A DNA stretch of 64,000 nt from Podarcis vaucheri. Taxonomy: Eukaryota. Below, in pieces: positions 40,412 to 52,000 of the stretch. The notes beneath the pieces were generated by a model, which saw only the letters and a program-made list of their open reading frames with translations, ran no database searches and was not told where the DNA came from. The stretch's first letter is position 1. Every line of letters begins with the position of its first letter. The stretch lies in NCBI GenBank assembly GCA_965113315.1, contig OZ220364.1; one strand, written 5' to 3'. A program made the translations under genes and the position numbers.

Positions 40412-42343
40412 CTATGCAATAAGAAAAGAAGTATCAGTGTTACACTCTGCATCTTGTGATGGCAGTTAGTGTATTGAAAATATGTACAGAGTAAGTTTGC
40501 ATATTTGAATAGCAGTATGAACTGTAGTTATAGTCATAAAATCTTCACATCATGCTTATCAGCAATTTTCTCAAATATACAGTATCTAAATGAACCAAGT
40601 TTCCATGGGTTGCTGCCAATGCTAGTCCTACTCAAAGTAGACCAATTGAAATTAATGACCACGGATAGTTTAGACCCATTAAATTCAAAGGGCTAACTCA
40701 AAGCTTTGTTGGGGAGAATCCTAAAACTTTGTCAGAAGTGAAAATGTGCCCTATGAATTTTACACCCAGCATAGTAAATGAATTCCACTGACAGCATGGA
40801 GGGAGCTAGAAAACATTCAACAGACTATTTTCAGTGGAGCATAATTGTAATTTTATTTCTATCAGTATTAATGGTTTGGTCAAGCCTCATAACAAAACAG
40901 CAGCTCCAACTGTTGCTTAAGGAATTTGTCATCCATGTTACTTATTCACTGATGAGCCTCGCATTGGCTGCTCCCTGGGAGACACTAAGATAAGACCATG
41001 GTTATGAAAAACACTTAAACCAGTGGTTAACTTTAAGACTGAGTGGCCTCGTTTACTTCAGCAAGTCTTTCTCAACTTCTTACATTTCATCATGTGATCT
41101 GTAGTCACCCCGATCTACAGCATTCTTAACCGTTTAGAAATTTTCCAGCCTTCTAGAGCTTCCTTGTTAAGTTCTATGAATTCCTTTCCAGCGGCTCACC
41201 AGCTTGCACATTGAAATGAATGAGATAGCCAACATGCATTAGAGATCTAGACAATGTGCACATTTGAGTGAACTGAGCCCGGTGTGTTGAGCAAGTGTCT
41301 GGGATGCTTTTCTGGATCAAACATCACAAAAATAAAACCAGTGGGTTTTATCCAATGCTAGTCCTATTCTCAACAGATCCATGCAAGTGAATAGACCAGA
41401 CAAAGTTTCATTAATTTCAGTGAGTCTGTTACTTTTTTGTACTGTACGCCGTACAATAACTAGTAACTCTTATTTGAACAAATGTTCTTAAACGTCTCTA
41501 TTGCTGTTATTATCTATAGTTCTATTAATTCTATTACCAATATTTCATATTATGGTTCACTTGTTCGTGTCTATAATCCATAAGCATTCTCTAGTATCTT
41601 AAATGTCTCCCTTTTTTGAAACAGTGAATGAAGTTCACACAGTTCCTTACAATGGCACAAATAATATAATGAGTACTATTTTTTATAAATAATATTTCTC
41701 AGACAGCATTCTTTGTATGCACACAGTAAAAGCAATCATATACCAGGCAATGATAGCTAAGAGCCATATGTCCAGATTGATAAAAGCTTTCTGTCTCCTT
41801 TCATGAATGGTCCCTGAGGCAGATCAGTAGTAACTCTTATTTCTAAGCAGGAGTCTTAAGGGCTTGAGTCTTGTGTACATTTATTTTGGGGTAAATCCCA
41901 ATGAAATCAGAGGGACTTTCCACTTGGCAAACATGCACAAGGTTTAGCTTCAAGTCAAATAGTATTGAAATATTCAGGAAAAGTCGCTGAATGTAGAACT
42001 TAAATTTCCTAAAAGATACAGATATTTAAGAGCCTTTGATTTCATAACGAAGCATGTTAGCCTTCATATGAAGCCATTCACTTTCTGAGATAACAGTTTA
42101 TCTTGTACATAATTTCTCAAACTTCATTGCCAAAAATAGTGTTTGAAGTCCCCCTACGGTTTCTGAATGTTGCATTCATATAAGGAAGATAGGAGATGCA
42201 TTTTGAATCAGCATGCTTAGCATGCAACAATTTCCTTGAGTCCACAAAAAAATGTGGTTTATTGATTTGTCTGGATTTTAAAGCATAGTTTATTTGCAAA
42301 GTAATATCCCTTCACAATACATCTACATAAAAGTATATCTTAC

Positions 42344-42350
42344 CTTTCAT
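42344..42350 (-). CDS. LRTM1: LRTM1 coding exon 1 (7 nt, ATG AAA G = MK/G)
   Basis: The minus strand reads acagccATGAAAG|gtaaga, with a good Kozak context and a strong donor. Phase 1 fits exon 2, and mammalian LRTM1 also begins MKG. Confidence 0.85.
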
Positions 42351-42384
42351 GGCTGTTCTCTTGTTGAGCTTGCAGGTCTCAGTT

Positions 42385-42520
42385 CACGTTTTATATGAAG
42401 CAATAACTCTCTGTAGCAAAGTTGCTTCACTGCTGCATATGCATTATTGCACTTATTCAGCAAACACAACTGTAGCTGCCATAGGACCTCCAGCTAATCA
42501 CAGCTTTATAAATGCTGGTT
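42385..42520 (-). promoter_or_regulatory. Candidate LRTM1 core promoter / 5' UTR with TATA-like boxes
   Basis: On the minus strand there is TATAAAA at about 42389-42395 and TATAAA at 42505-42510, in repeat-free sequence upstream of the ATG. The transcription start cannot be determined from sequence. Confidence 0.35.
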
Positions 42521-44120
42521 AGTTCCCCCACCCCATTCAATCATGTTTCTTTTCAGATTCATTGACTGCTCGTTTGTTACCCACAGAGATTTCCTATGCC
42601 TCTCTTATTAAATCAACAGGCCTTGCAGAGTGTCTGTCAACTTGTGCTAGACAGCTGCAACACAGAAATCATGACCTAATAGCCTAGCCTTTTCAATTAT
42701 TTAATCTACCTCAAATCCAAGGCACAAAAATAAAGCTGACTTTTTAAATCCCATGTAGTTCTTGATTTCTGTTGGATTGTTAGCCATGCTTTGTCAATCC
42801 GTTCAAAATCAGATGACTCTGAACTTGCGTTCCCGCCGTCCTTGGCTGTGATTGGAGGCAATGGGGTGTGTAATCTCAGTACGGGGAGGCCTTCATCTTG
42901 ATTACATGGTTTTGACCGTGCACTTGTTTACTGTTCTGGGGCTTATACTTTAGATTTCCCTAGGGATTAGCCGTGCTGACAGGATTTTATTGTAAAGGGG
43001 GAAAACAAATTTTTGTGTTTCTCTTTTTGAAGAAAAAAAAAATGCCCAAGAACTTCAGACATTCAAAATATGAGTCCTCTCTTTTCCCCCAAACAAGAAT
43101 GAACAACCTTAACTGATATATGGATTAGCTTTATGCTGCAGTTGTGGGTATAGTGACTTGTGCCACTGCTGCCGAACATGCCTGACATAACTCATCATCG
43201 CTTTCACTTATGAGGTTAGGTTGCCATTGAGGGAACAGGAGGAAAACACCCTCCTTCTTCCTCCTAACTCCCTACCAAACCTCTGAATAAGTGCTTGGGT
43301 CACATAAAGAAGAGGAGCAGCCCCTAATACAAAAATGCTAGAAACAGTTTCTCCACTGGTGAATGGGGTGGGGTTGGGTGCCCAAAGGGCTCTCAAGGTG
43401 TGGGCTGGGAAGAATTGTGGCCCAATGGATCCAGTCATTTCTCTTAATTCTTAATATAATACTTCCTTCTACAGTCCCACAACTTCACGCTTCCAGTGAA
43501 ATCTGGCTGCCCTTTTCACAGAAGATTCAGCAGAGTGCTAAAATGAAACTGATATTTACATAACGGGTGTGTTTTATAGGAGATTTGCCTGGGCCTGCAA
43601 GGTCCATTAGTCTTCCCTAATTCACCAGATGTAAAATTCACAGTCCACCATACTCTACTCTAAGGAGATGAGAAGTGAAAGGGGGAAATCCATTTTTTTA
43701 AAAAAATCCTGATTGGCTGCCTATCTGCTTGGCCAATCAGAAGTGGGTAAGGGCCTAGCACTCCTTTTTGCACTTCCTTGGAGCAGTCCTGGTGTGTTTC
43801 TGGTGGGAGAGGGTGATCGTTGAGGCTCCCATTTTGACCAGTAGGGCCTGCAATCCATAGCCCCTTGGTCAGGTGGCAATGGGTAGGGCTGAGCAAGCCG
43901 GAGCTGCTTGTTGCTGCCACCATTGCTGAGCCCAGTGGCAGCCTGGGCCTGACTTTGCAAGGTGCAGGGTGCAATCTACCCCAGTGCCTAGTGGATCAGG
44001 GCCTTCAGATGCTTTACTCTACTGAAATGGACTGAGTGGTCTGAGCAGGGAATCTATCAAACACACAATTTGCAGGTCTCCCATTTATTTCCTTGTCTGC
44101 GGAATGGTGCAGCAATAAAA

Positions 44121-44262
44121 CTGCTACCACATTTGCAAAGCTAAGCAGGGTCTGGTATGGTTTCAAGCTGGATGGGAGACTGTGTGTTGAGATTCCTGCA
44201 CTGCAGGGGGTTGGACTAGATGACCCTCAGGGTCGCTTCCAACTGTACAATTCTATGACTCT
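44121..44262 (+). mobile_element. Short SINE with 5S rRNA-derived head and CR1-type tail (SINE3-like)
   Basis: aagctaagcagggtctgg...tggatgggagac (5S A and C boxes) is joined within about 10 nt to gattcctgcactgcagggggttggactagatgaccctcagggtcgcttccaactgtacaattctatgactct. Confidence 0.8.
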
Positions 44263-44794
44263 CTAATGGTTCTAGTCTGGATTATTGCAAAACACAATTA
44301 GAAACTATTGGTAGCTAATTAAGATATAGTTTATATTTTAGTATTTCAGAGCTGATAGAAAGACTAGTCACTAATACTGCATGCACTTCCATCAGAAAAA
44401 AATCTTTTCTGTTGTCCCTCCTCTTTTCTCCGAGGTGCTGCATCTGGTACCAGATCTGATGACGCTAAGGGAAAGTGGGCCAAGCTGAACATGGGCTGGG
44501 ACATTGCATTCACTCAATATGATTTCTCATCCAAATGTTTGTTCTGCTATTGTAGCATCTGCTAAAGTTTAGCTCATAATGCTCTTGACGAGTGATATGT
44601 TGCGAACACTGAAGGGCAAATGACTCTGCTGGAATCCTGTGAATGTAGATTGTGCGGCACTCAAGCTGGGCTTCAAACCCCCCTGTTTCCTAAAATGGGT
44701 ATGCACTTCAAGGTCAATACATCGCTGGCATTGTACTGTGTGGATTCCTACTGTCCTATTGGAACCTTACTTGTCTTCTTAAGATGCAGGTATA

Positions 44795-45046
44795 TAGAAT
44801 CATAGAATGATAGAGTTGGAAGAGACCACAAGGGCCATCGAGTCCAACCTCCTGCCAAGCAGGAAACACCATCAGAGCACTCCTGACATATGGTTGTCAA
44901 GCCTCTGCTTAAAGACCTCCAAAGAAGGAGACTCCACCACACTCCTTGGCAGCAAATTCCACTGTCAGGAAGTTCTTCCTAATGTTTAGGTGGAATCTTC
45001 TTTCTTGTAGTTTGGATCCATTGCTCCGTGTCCGCTTCTCTGGAGC
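44795..45046 (-). mobile_element. CR1 LINE, 5'-truncated 3' end
   Basis: tagaatcatagaat terminal repeat, followed by RT C-terminal relic (cttcctaatgtttaggtggaatct). Confidence 0.85.
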
Positions 45047-45644
45047 CGGATATCAAATCTCCTCCTCTTCTTCTTCTGGACTCCTGTGCAAAGTACACAG
45101 ACAGAGGCTCTTACTTGGAAGTAATCGAGCAAGCAATGGTACATGCCTGACAACAGACAGAATTCTCAGGAGTTATGATTCAGGAGTTCAAGGGGAGGAC
45201 ACAAGTGATGGGTGTTTCCACACCTCTCCTGTCAAGGTTTTAAAGATGAGTGGCATGCACCCTTGCGAGACTACCTCACCTTGTGGGATAGCACGTGCAC
45301 AGTCCATCAGGGCAGCTCTGCTGCCATCTGTGAAGGCAGTGCCTGGTTCTAGGCCAAAAGGCTGCCCTCTCCTGCTCAGGCTCCTGTTCAGTTACTGCTG
45401 CTGCCTATTCAGCTCACCTCCTTAGCTGATCAGAGCACTCCCCAGCCTCCACTGCGGTGTCCCTCTCTGCAGGAAGTTTGGAGGGGAGAGCTGGCATCTC
45501 TGCTTCCCCTTCTAAAGCAATTGAAGTTGGGATAGAAACAGAGGGACCCCCCCCCAGGTTCTTCCAGTTCAGCTAAACTCCCCCTCTGTTTCTTTCTGCT
45601 TCTCCATCGGGGTCTGCCAACCCAAACTCAATCCCAGCAGTGCT

Positions 45645-46116
45645 TGTCAGGAATCAAGCCCATATCAGGAGAAACTGGCAACTCTCCCAGGCACCCGGCT
45701 TGATCTCCTGTTGGCCTCCCTGTCTGCATTCCCCAGCAAGATCCAGGCTAGGTCGCGATAGGCGATCCTTCTCAGCGTGAGAAGAGCACACCCCTCTTTC
45801 CTTGCCCCCCCCCCGGCAGGGGAAAGAGATAAAGAGATAGACAGAAACGTATTTACATGCCTTTATTTCTGTCTTTGCAGCGTTACAGAAAACATGACTG
45901 CTCTCTTCAAACTCCAGCAGTCGAGAGGATAACTCCTCCTGTACTTCCTGTACAAGAGCAAAAGGAAGAGCTCATATTACACTCTGAGCTAATTCCGGTG
46001 CTTCGCACTGTGAATTGACTGTCCCTCCGTTTCCCACGGACAGTCCCAACATTCCCATTATGTTTTGCTTTCAAGCTACCAGCAGCTCGCGACTGCATTG
46101 CTTCAGTATCGTAACA
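45645..46116 (-). mobile_element. Solo LTR (472 bp) nested in an older LTR-like element (about 45171-46136)
   Basis: tgtcaggaat...tatcgtaaca termini, perfect 5-bp TSD GTGCT (45640-45644 and 46117-46121), minus-strand AATAAA at 45862-45867. The host ends ...tcatgaca and is flanked by TCAGG at 45166-45170 and 46137-46141. Confidence 0.8.
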
Positions 46117-47987
46117 GTGCTGTGGGGCTCATGACATCAGGCCACCTTAGTTCCATGATCGAAAAAAGTCAGATGTAAACGCAAGACAATGAATAGATGA
46201 GTCTATTCGAATATTCTGTGTGGATTAGGATGATGCTTCCACACTCAAGCTGGTATACCACAAATGAATTATTTCAACAGCCAACAAAAACAGAAAAGCT
46301 AGTAGAACCAAGTAACTCTAGCCAGCTGAACCAAAGGCCAAATGGGGGGTAAGTGTTTTGCACATCCCTGGAAGACCAATAAAGAAGTGAGATTGCAGAT
46401 CTCAGGAGGGGGTTTATTCCAAAACCTACAACCTCAATACAAGATGTCCCATACAAGATGACATCTTGTATTGAAGTTGTAGGCTGAATAGATCTCTAGA
46501 AGCCTGGTACATAATGAAGTAGACAATAATAGCCATTATCTGCATTTGCTTTGCCTTGTTCTTTACGGAAGTGTGGTTAATGTGATCTGAAGTGTGAGCT
46601 GGCGAAGGCATTACATCGTCACTCAACAAAACTCTTCAATCCACATTATCTGCATTTAACCTAGACGTGAGTGTTGGGTCTAAATATTTTGCTGCTAGTA
46701 TCTGTGGCAACCTGAAAGTTCTGATGTGCTGCTTCATTGTATTAATTTCTACAAATAAAATTCCCTCCACTCTTGACATAGCCCATCTCTTCTCATTATG
46801 ATGACTTTCACCAGGCTCCACCCATGAGTCTTGAACGGGATGCATGATACAGAACAGTAATATAGATATTATTGCTTCCTGCTGTGGCTTTTATGTTTTT
46901 TCTCGGCTCAGAATTCTCCCTAGACTTAGTAAACTTTTCCTTTGGCTTGCATATCTATTAGATGACAAATTGTTTTTATAGCCATTGTCTTGAAGACGAG
47001 TCTTCCAAGCCAGGTGTTTTTCCCAAGATCCTGCAGCTCTCTGTGCTACAGAATGGACGCTTTAAAGAATGCCTCTCAACTGCCTCTCTTAGTTTGGGTA
47101 ATCCTTTGCAACTACAATTGTGTTATTTTTAGCACTAACAAATTGAAAAGATGTTCACAGAGCAGGGTCAGTGAAAAGTTACAGCACTGTGTGAGGTTCT
47201 TTTCCAACAATAATACAGGCCTTGTTTGATGCACTCTTGAGTTGTGGTAGAAGAAATTATTACCCTTTGGTTGTTGTTGTTGTTTTTTCCTTTTTAGTCA
47301 AACCTTCCTACTTGGTCCATCTTCTGGCAACATATGATTAGAGCTGTCAAGTTACCTTTTATTCCTATGTGGCTATTTCTGTCTTCCTGTTGAGGGTATT
47401 GGCAATAAAAATGGGTACACAGATGTTCCTGTGCTCTTTAATTTTCTTTTTTTTCCCTCCCTCCCCCACCCTACCTATCCTTTGTGATAAAACTCTAATG
47501 TAAACTTGTGAGCACAAAAAATAATAATCTTGAAAACAACTCTTAAAACTGGTCACTTAAAAAATAGCAAGCTTCCTTTTGGCATTCTAATGTAGTCTGG
47601 CAACTGTTATTTCACTGCTTAAACTAGGGATGTACAGAATAGTCCCTTATATGTTGTTGAGAGTTTCTGTTGGTCCAACCTTGGGTGTCAGATATCCAGA
47701 GGAGCTCTGTCTCTGATATCTTCAACATTTCCAAACAAATTCAGTGCAGGTGTGAACCCCCCCCCAACCAGCTGCCAGTTCCGGAAAGTTAGGAGTTAAT
47801 GCCATATTAAGTAGTCCCAATTCAAGGGCCACAAAGAGCAGCAGTGGAACTGAGCAGTTCCTTAATAGTAGAAAAGTAATTGACAATATATATGAAACCC
47901 CTTGCCAGTTTTACGTCTATGGGGAATTATTCTGAATTGAGCCTGTCAGTTTCAGTGTCATTCTTTGCAGCCTTTGTGGGCTGGATA

Positions 47988-48233
47988 AGGCACCCCTGCC
48001 CGTATGGTCCAGTCGTGTCCGACTCTAGGGTTGCACGCTCATCTCGCTCAAGAGGCCGGGAGCCAGCGCTGTCTGGAGACACTTCCGGGTCACGTGGCCA
48101 GCGTGACTAAGCGGCATCTGGCGAGCCAGCACCAGCGCAGCACACGGAAACGCCGTTTACCTTCCCGCTATAAAGCGGTACCTATTTATCTACTTGCACT
48201 TAGGGGTGCTTTCGAACTGCTAGGTGGGCAGGA
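47988..48233 (-). mobile_element. Sauria SINE, 5'-truncated and tailless
   Basis: Body homologous to 5869-6248. 8-bp duplication GCTGGATA at 47980-47987 and 48234-48241. Confidence 0.88.
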
Positions 48234-48712
48234 GCTGGATAGAATGTCATAAATTCAGAGACGTTGTGTGGACAGGCTGCAGATAGCAGAAGTGAAACTG
48301 ACAAGTACTAGCCTTGTATCTGCAGCAAGTAGGGAGAAGCCACTTCACAGTGCAGGTAAAATTGGCAATAGGCTTAAAACTCTGTTTCAGTTTTACCTCT
48401 CTATTGAAGGCACCCCATTGATTTGCTACAGAGATGGGGCAAATCATATCTGTGGCTGCTCTTTGCAACCTTTTACATGAATTTTGATGTTTGTACAAGT
48501 GTTTGAAAATCCAGTCACCAGTAAAACATTTCACGACAATAATACTTAAAATAGGATCAGATAGGCAGTCAGCACAATGCTTTAAACAAAGGTATCATAT
48601 GTTATTGATAAGTTGCTCCAGAGAGCAACTAAGAAGCAGCATTTTGCAATAGCTGCTGCTTCCAGACTAAATTCAAGGGTGACCCCCACAAAAAAGCAAA
48701 TTACAGTAAGCA

Positions 48713-49047
48713 CAGTGTTTCTTTTCTTTAAAAAAAATGTTTAGGGGTACACTCTTTTTTTAATTTAATTTTGATATTGCATATACATACATCAAATATA
48801 CAAAAAAAATGGAAAAAAGAAAGAGCATACAAACAAAGAAAAATGAAAAAGAAATGAAAGGGGTACTCTCATTCCGTCTGAGACTCAGAAAACACCGTGA
48901 CAGGAAATGAGGCATCGGGGGTAGCAACAGAACTGATGATTCACCACGCTAGAGAAGAAACTAAAAAGTTTTTAAAAATTAGTTTCTTCTCCCATTAGAT
49001 TCACTAAATGTTTAGGGGTCTGCGTCCCCCCAGAAAAAAAAGCACTA
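48713..49047. mobile_element. hAT-type MITE with an internal AT-rich insertion
   Basis: cagtgtttcttttct...agaaaaaaaagcacta TIRs, TSD AGTAAGCA/AGCAAGCA (7/8 match), internal repeated aatgtttaggggt. Confidence 0.7.
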
Positions 49048-52000
49048 AGCAAGCATATCTAGAAGTAACAAGTGCATGGACCGTAATGGTTGTCCCTAGG
49101 ATGTAGAAAAACCTGGCAGACCTGATCTTAGTACACAGTCAGGCTAGTGTGTTAGAAGATGTTCCTTCCAATATCTAGGTCCTAAGTTGTATAGGACTTT
49201 ATAAGTGATTACTTATTTGGCTTGGTAGCACCTTGGCAGCCAGTGCGTCCCTTTGAGGACTGTTGTAATATGATCTTCAAGATTCAAACTGGTCAGCAAC
49301 CACAAGCTGCTGCCTTTGCACTGTTTGATTTATTTGTTTTTAAAAATACTTATATACCACAATTTCATAAATAGTATCAGAACGGTTTGCAACAATTATA
49401 TATACAATAAAAACCACACACAATTCCCCCCTTAAATCACAACTCACTGACTATTACAGAAATAGATATTTTTTTCCTTAAGCCTAACCGCATAAAAAGG
49501 TTTCAGCAAATGTTCAAAAATTAATACGGAAGACAGTATCTGAAGCGTCTGAAGTCAGAAAAAAAGTGCATGCAGGTCCCGCTATCAGAACACTCATCAT
49601 ATGAAATCTCAGCCAAACACAAAGTTATACCCAAATCTCGCTACACCAGTGGTTGAATCACATATCTGAATAGCCAATGTTTGCTCCTTTCCTTACTTGT
49701 TTGGTGGGCGGCAAACATTTCAGGCAGAAACCATGGAGGGAGGGAAAGAGATTGGAGAAATCGGGGAACAGGAGAGATCAGACAAATCAGTTTTTGTTTG
49801 GCTTTTGCTGATTGGCTGCAGCAGTTTCAGGCAGGAAACATAGAGGGGGAAAGGATGGATTAGAAGTGTTCCTATAGGAAATAGATTCAGGTAGGTAGCC
49901 ATGTTGGTCTGACGCAGTCGAAATATATATGTTTTTTAAATAAATAAATAAAAAATAGAAATTGTGCTACTGGACATTTTTTTATTATTTTCCTATAGGG
50001 AATGATGGAAATCATCAGCTCGTTATGTGAACAGTTGCCTAACAAATGCTTTCCTGGAGATGCATTGTGTTTAGAAAGTAGGAGCTAAGAGTAAACATGT
50101 GTAGCCAAACCTTGATAACACCAGATGTTTCTTTTCGCCTACTCCCCCGTGGCTTCCCTGGAGCCATTTTGGTGCAACGTGACAAAGTGGGCCTACCAGA
50201 AAGTGGTGTGGCTAGAGCAGCAGACATTTTCCCCTTCTTCCTTTGTTTAGCCAGGCTGCTCTAGCCATGCCACTTTGTGGTAGAGGAGGAATGCTTTGCT
50301 CTATCACAACATGCCAGGGTTAGAACAGCCAACGCTTCATTCCCTCCTTTCCTTGCTGCACTGGCTGCTCTAGCCGCACCACTTTGTGGTAAACCCGCTT
50401 TGGTGGGTCATGCCAAAATGCCGGGGGGGGGGCAGGAAGCAGTGGTGGAGGAGGAAATAGGCAAAGCGGGGGGGAGGGGTGCGTACTGGCACCTCCTTTT
50501 TTCAAATAAAGCACTGGATAACACTGTCCCCACCCACCCTGAAAAAAGCCACTTACTGATAAGATGTTTGGAGTAGGGCTTAATCTTTTCTGCACAATCG
50601 TTTCTCCATACTAAACACACCCTTCCAAGCAATTCCCCTTGTCAGTTCCAAAATGCACATTTGAATTGGGGGGGAAAGAAGTTTGGGGGTGATTTGGAGC
50701 TATGAAATCAGGCCCCAAATGGGCTAAACACATTCCGAAACTGGTTCTTCAATCCCAACCGACTGCTGCTTAAGTATCTTTTCCGGACATAAAACAAGGA
50801 CATCAGTAATATATATTGACATGTATTGTGTCATGAAACAAAGATCTCTAAAGCTTCTATTTCTCAGAGCTTTCTAAATGAACTTTGTATTAATGTTCCA
50901 AGATCCCTTATTCAAAGAGAATGTTGGACTATATGTCAGAGAGAGTTTAAAATACAGGGTTTCTGCTTCCTCCTTGTTAAGTGGCTTGGTGATTAGTGAG
51001 AGACATACCAACTGCTTCCAGTGGGTTAATAGGAGATCATATTATATTACTGCTGGACTCAGTCCAAAACTTTGAATAATTTTAGTCTTTGGGCTTCAAT
51101 GGACTTGGATCAGGTTTCTTCGACTGCTACCGGTAGGTAAAATAATTTGGTTCTCCCTGCCCCACCCCCAATCCCTTTAAAAGTTAAGCCATTAGATCCT
51201 GGGAAGCAAATTGGGGGTTTGATGATGAGATCTTTCCAATATTATGCAAAGAAGTCTCATATATTCTATGCTGGATGCAACAAAGTTTTATCTACTGGCT
51301 CTGCTGCTACTTAGCTTGAGGTTATACTTCGAATTCCATTGGGAGAATCAGCTTGAATCCATTCACTTGTTTTTAAAAACCATGACTCATTAAGAGCAAC
51401 TTGGTATGATAGTCCCAAAATTTGGGTCTCTTTGTGGCGCAAGGAGAGCCATAAACATTTGAAGGTGGGATATAAATACATAGGGCATGCTTTTTGGTGA
51501 TCTGGCCCAGATACAAGAATCTTTTCCTACACTAGCTAGGCTCCCCTACGCACCAGCATTTTGGTTTGCGGGAAAGGGGGCCTTGTGAGTCTGGTACTAC
51601 CCCAGGGAAATGAGAGACTGGGTTAGCTTACATTTAATTGCAAGTTAAATAAAGTAGTAGCCAGAGACTTTAAATCAAATTTCGTGTGTCTGCCTATTTA
51701 GTGATGGCAGCAAAAACAGGTTTCAATTTTTCAATCAACTCTCCACTTACATACAGAGTTGTGTGTGCTGTGCATCCTTTTGCAGATACAGAGAAAATGT
51801 CGGGCAGATAAGCATGATTAAAGTTAATTAGTGACTTCATATTGTTGCAGTAAATAGAAGCAGATGACACTTTACATAAAAGTAATAGAAACAAAAGGGA
51901 TCAAGAAAAGGGAAGAATTAGAAAAGCATGTCTGAGATTAAGCGCAGGGTTTACATGTTGTTTTATTTAGATATTTTAGATCATTTCTTGTCAAAGGCTA

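Noticed and set aside
44138-44180. Possible 5S rRNA gene
   Set aside because: Only the diverged internal control region is present, and it is fused to a CR1 tail.
44946-45425. 159-aa ORF
   Set aside because: It spans an antisense CR1 fragment and LTR sequence.
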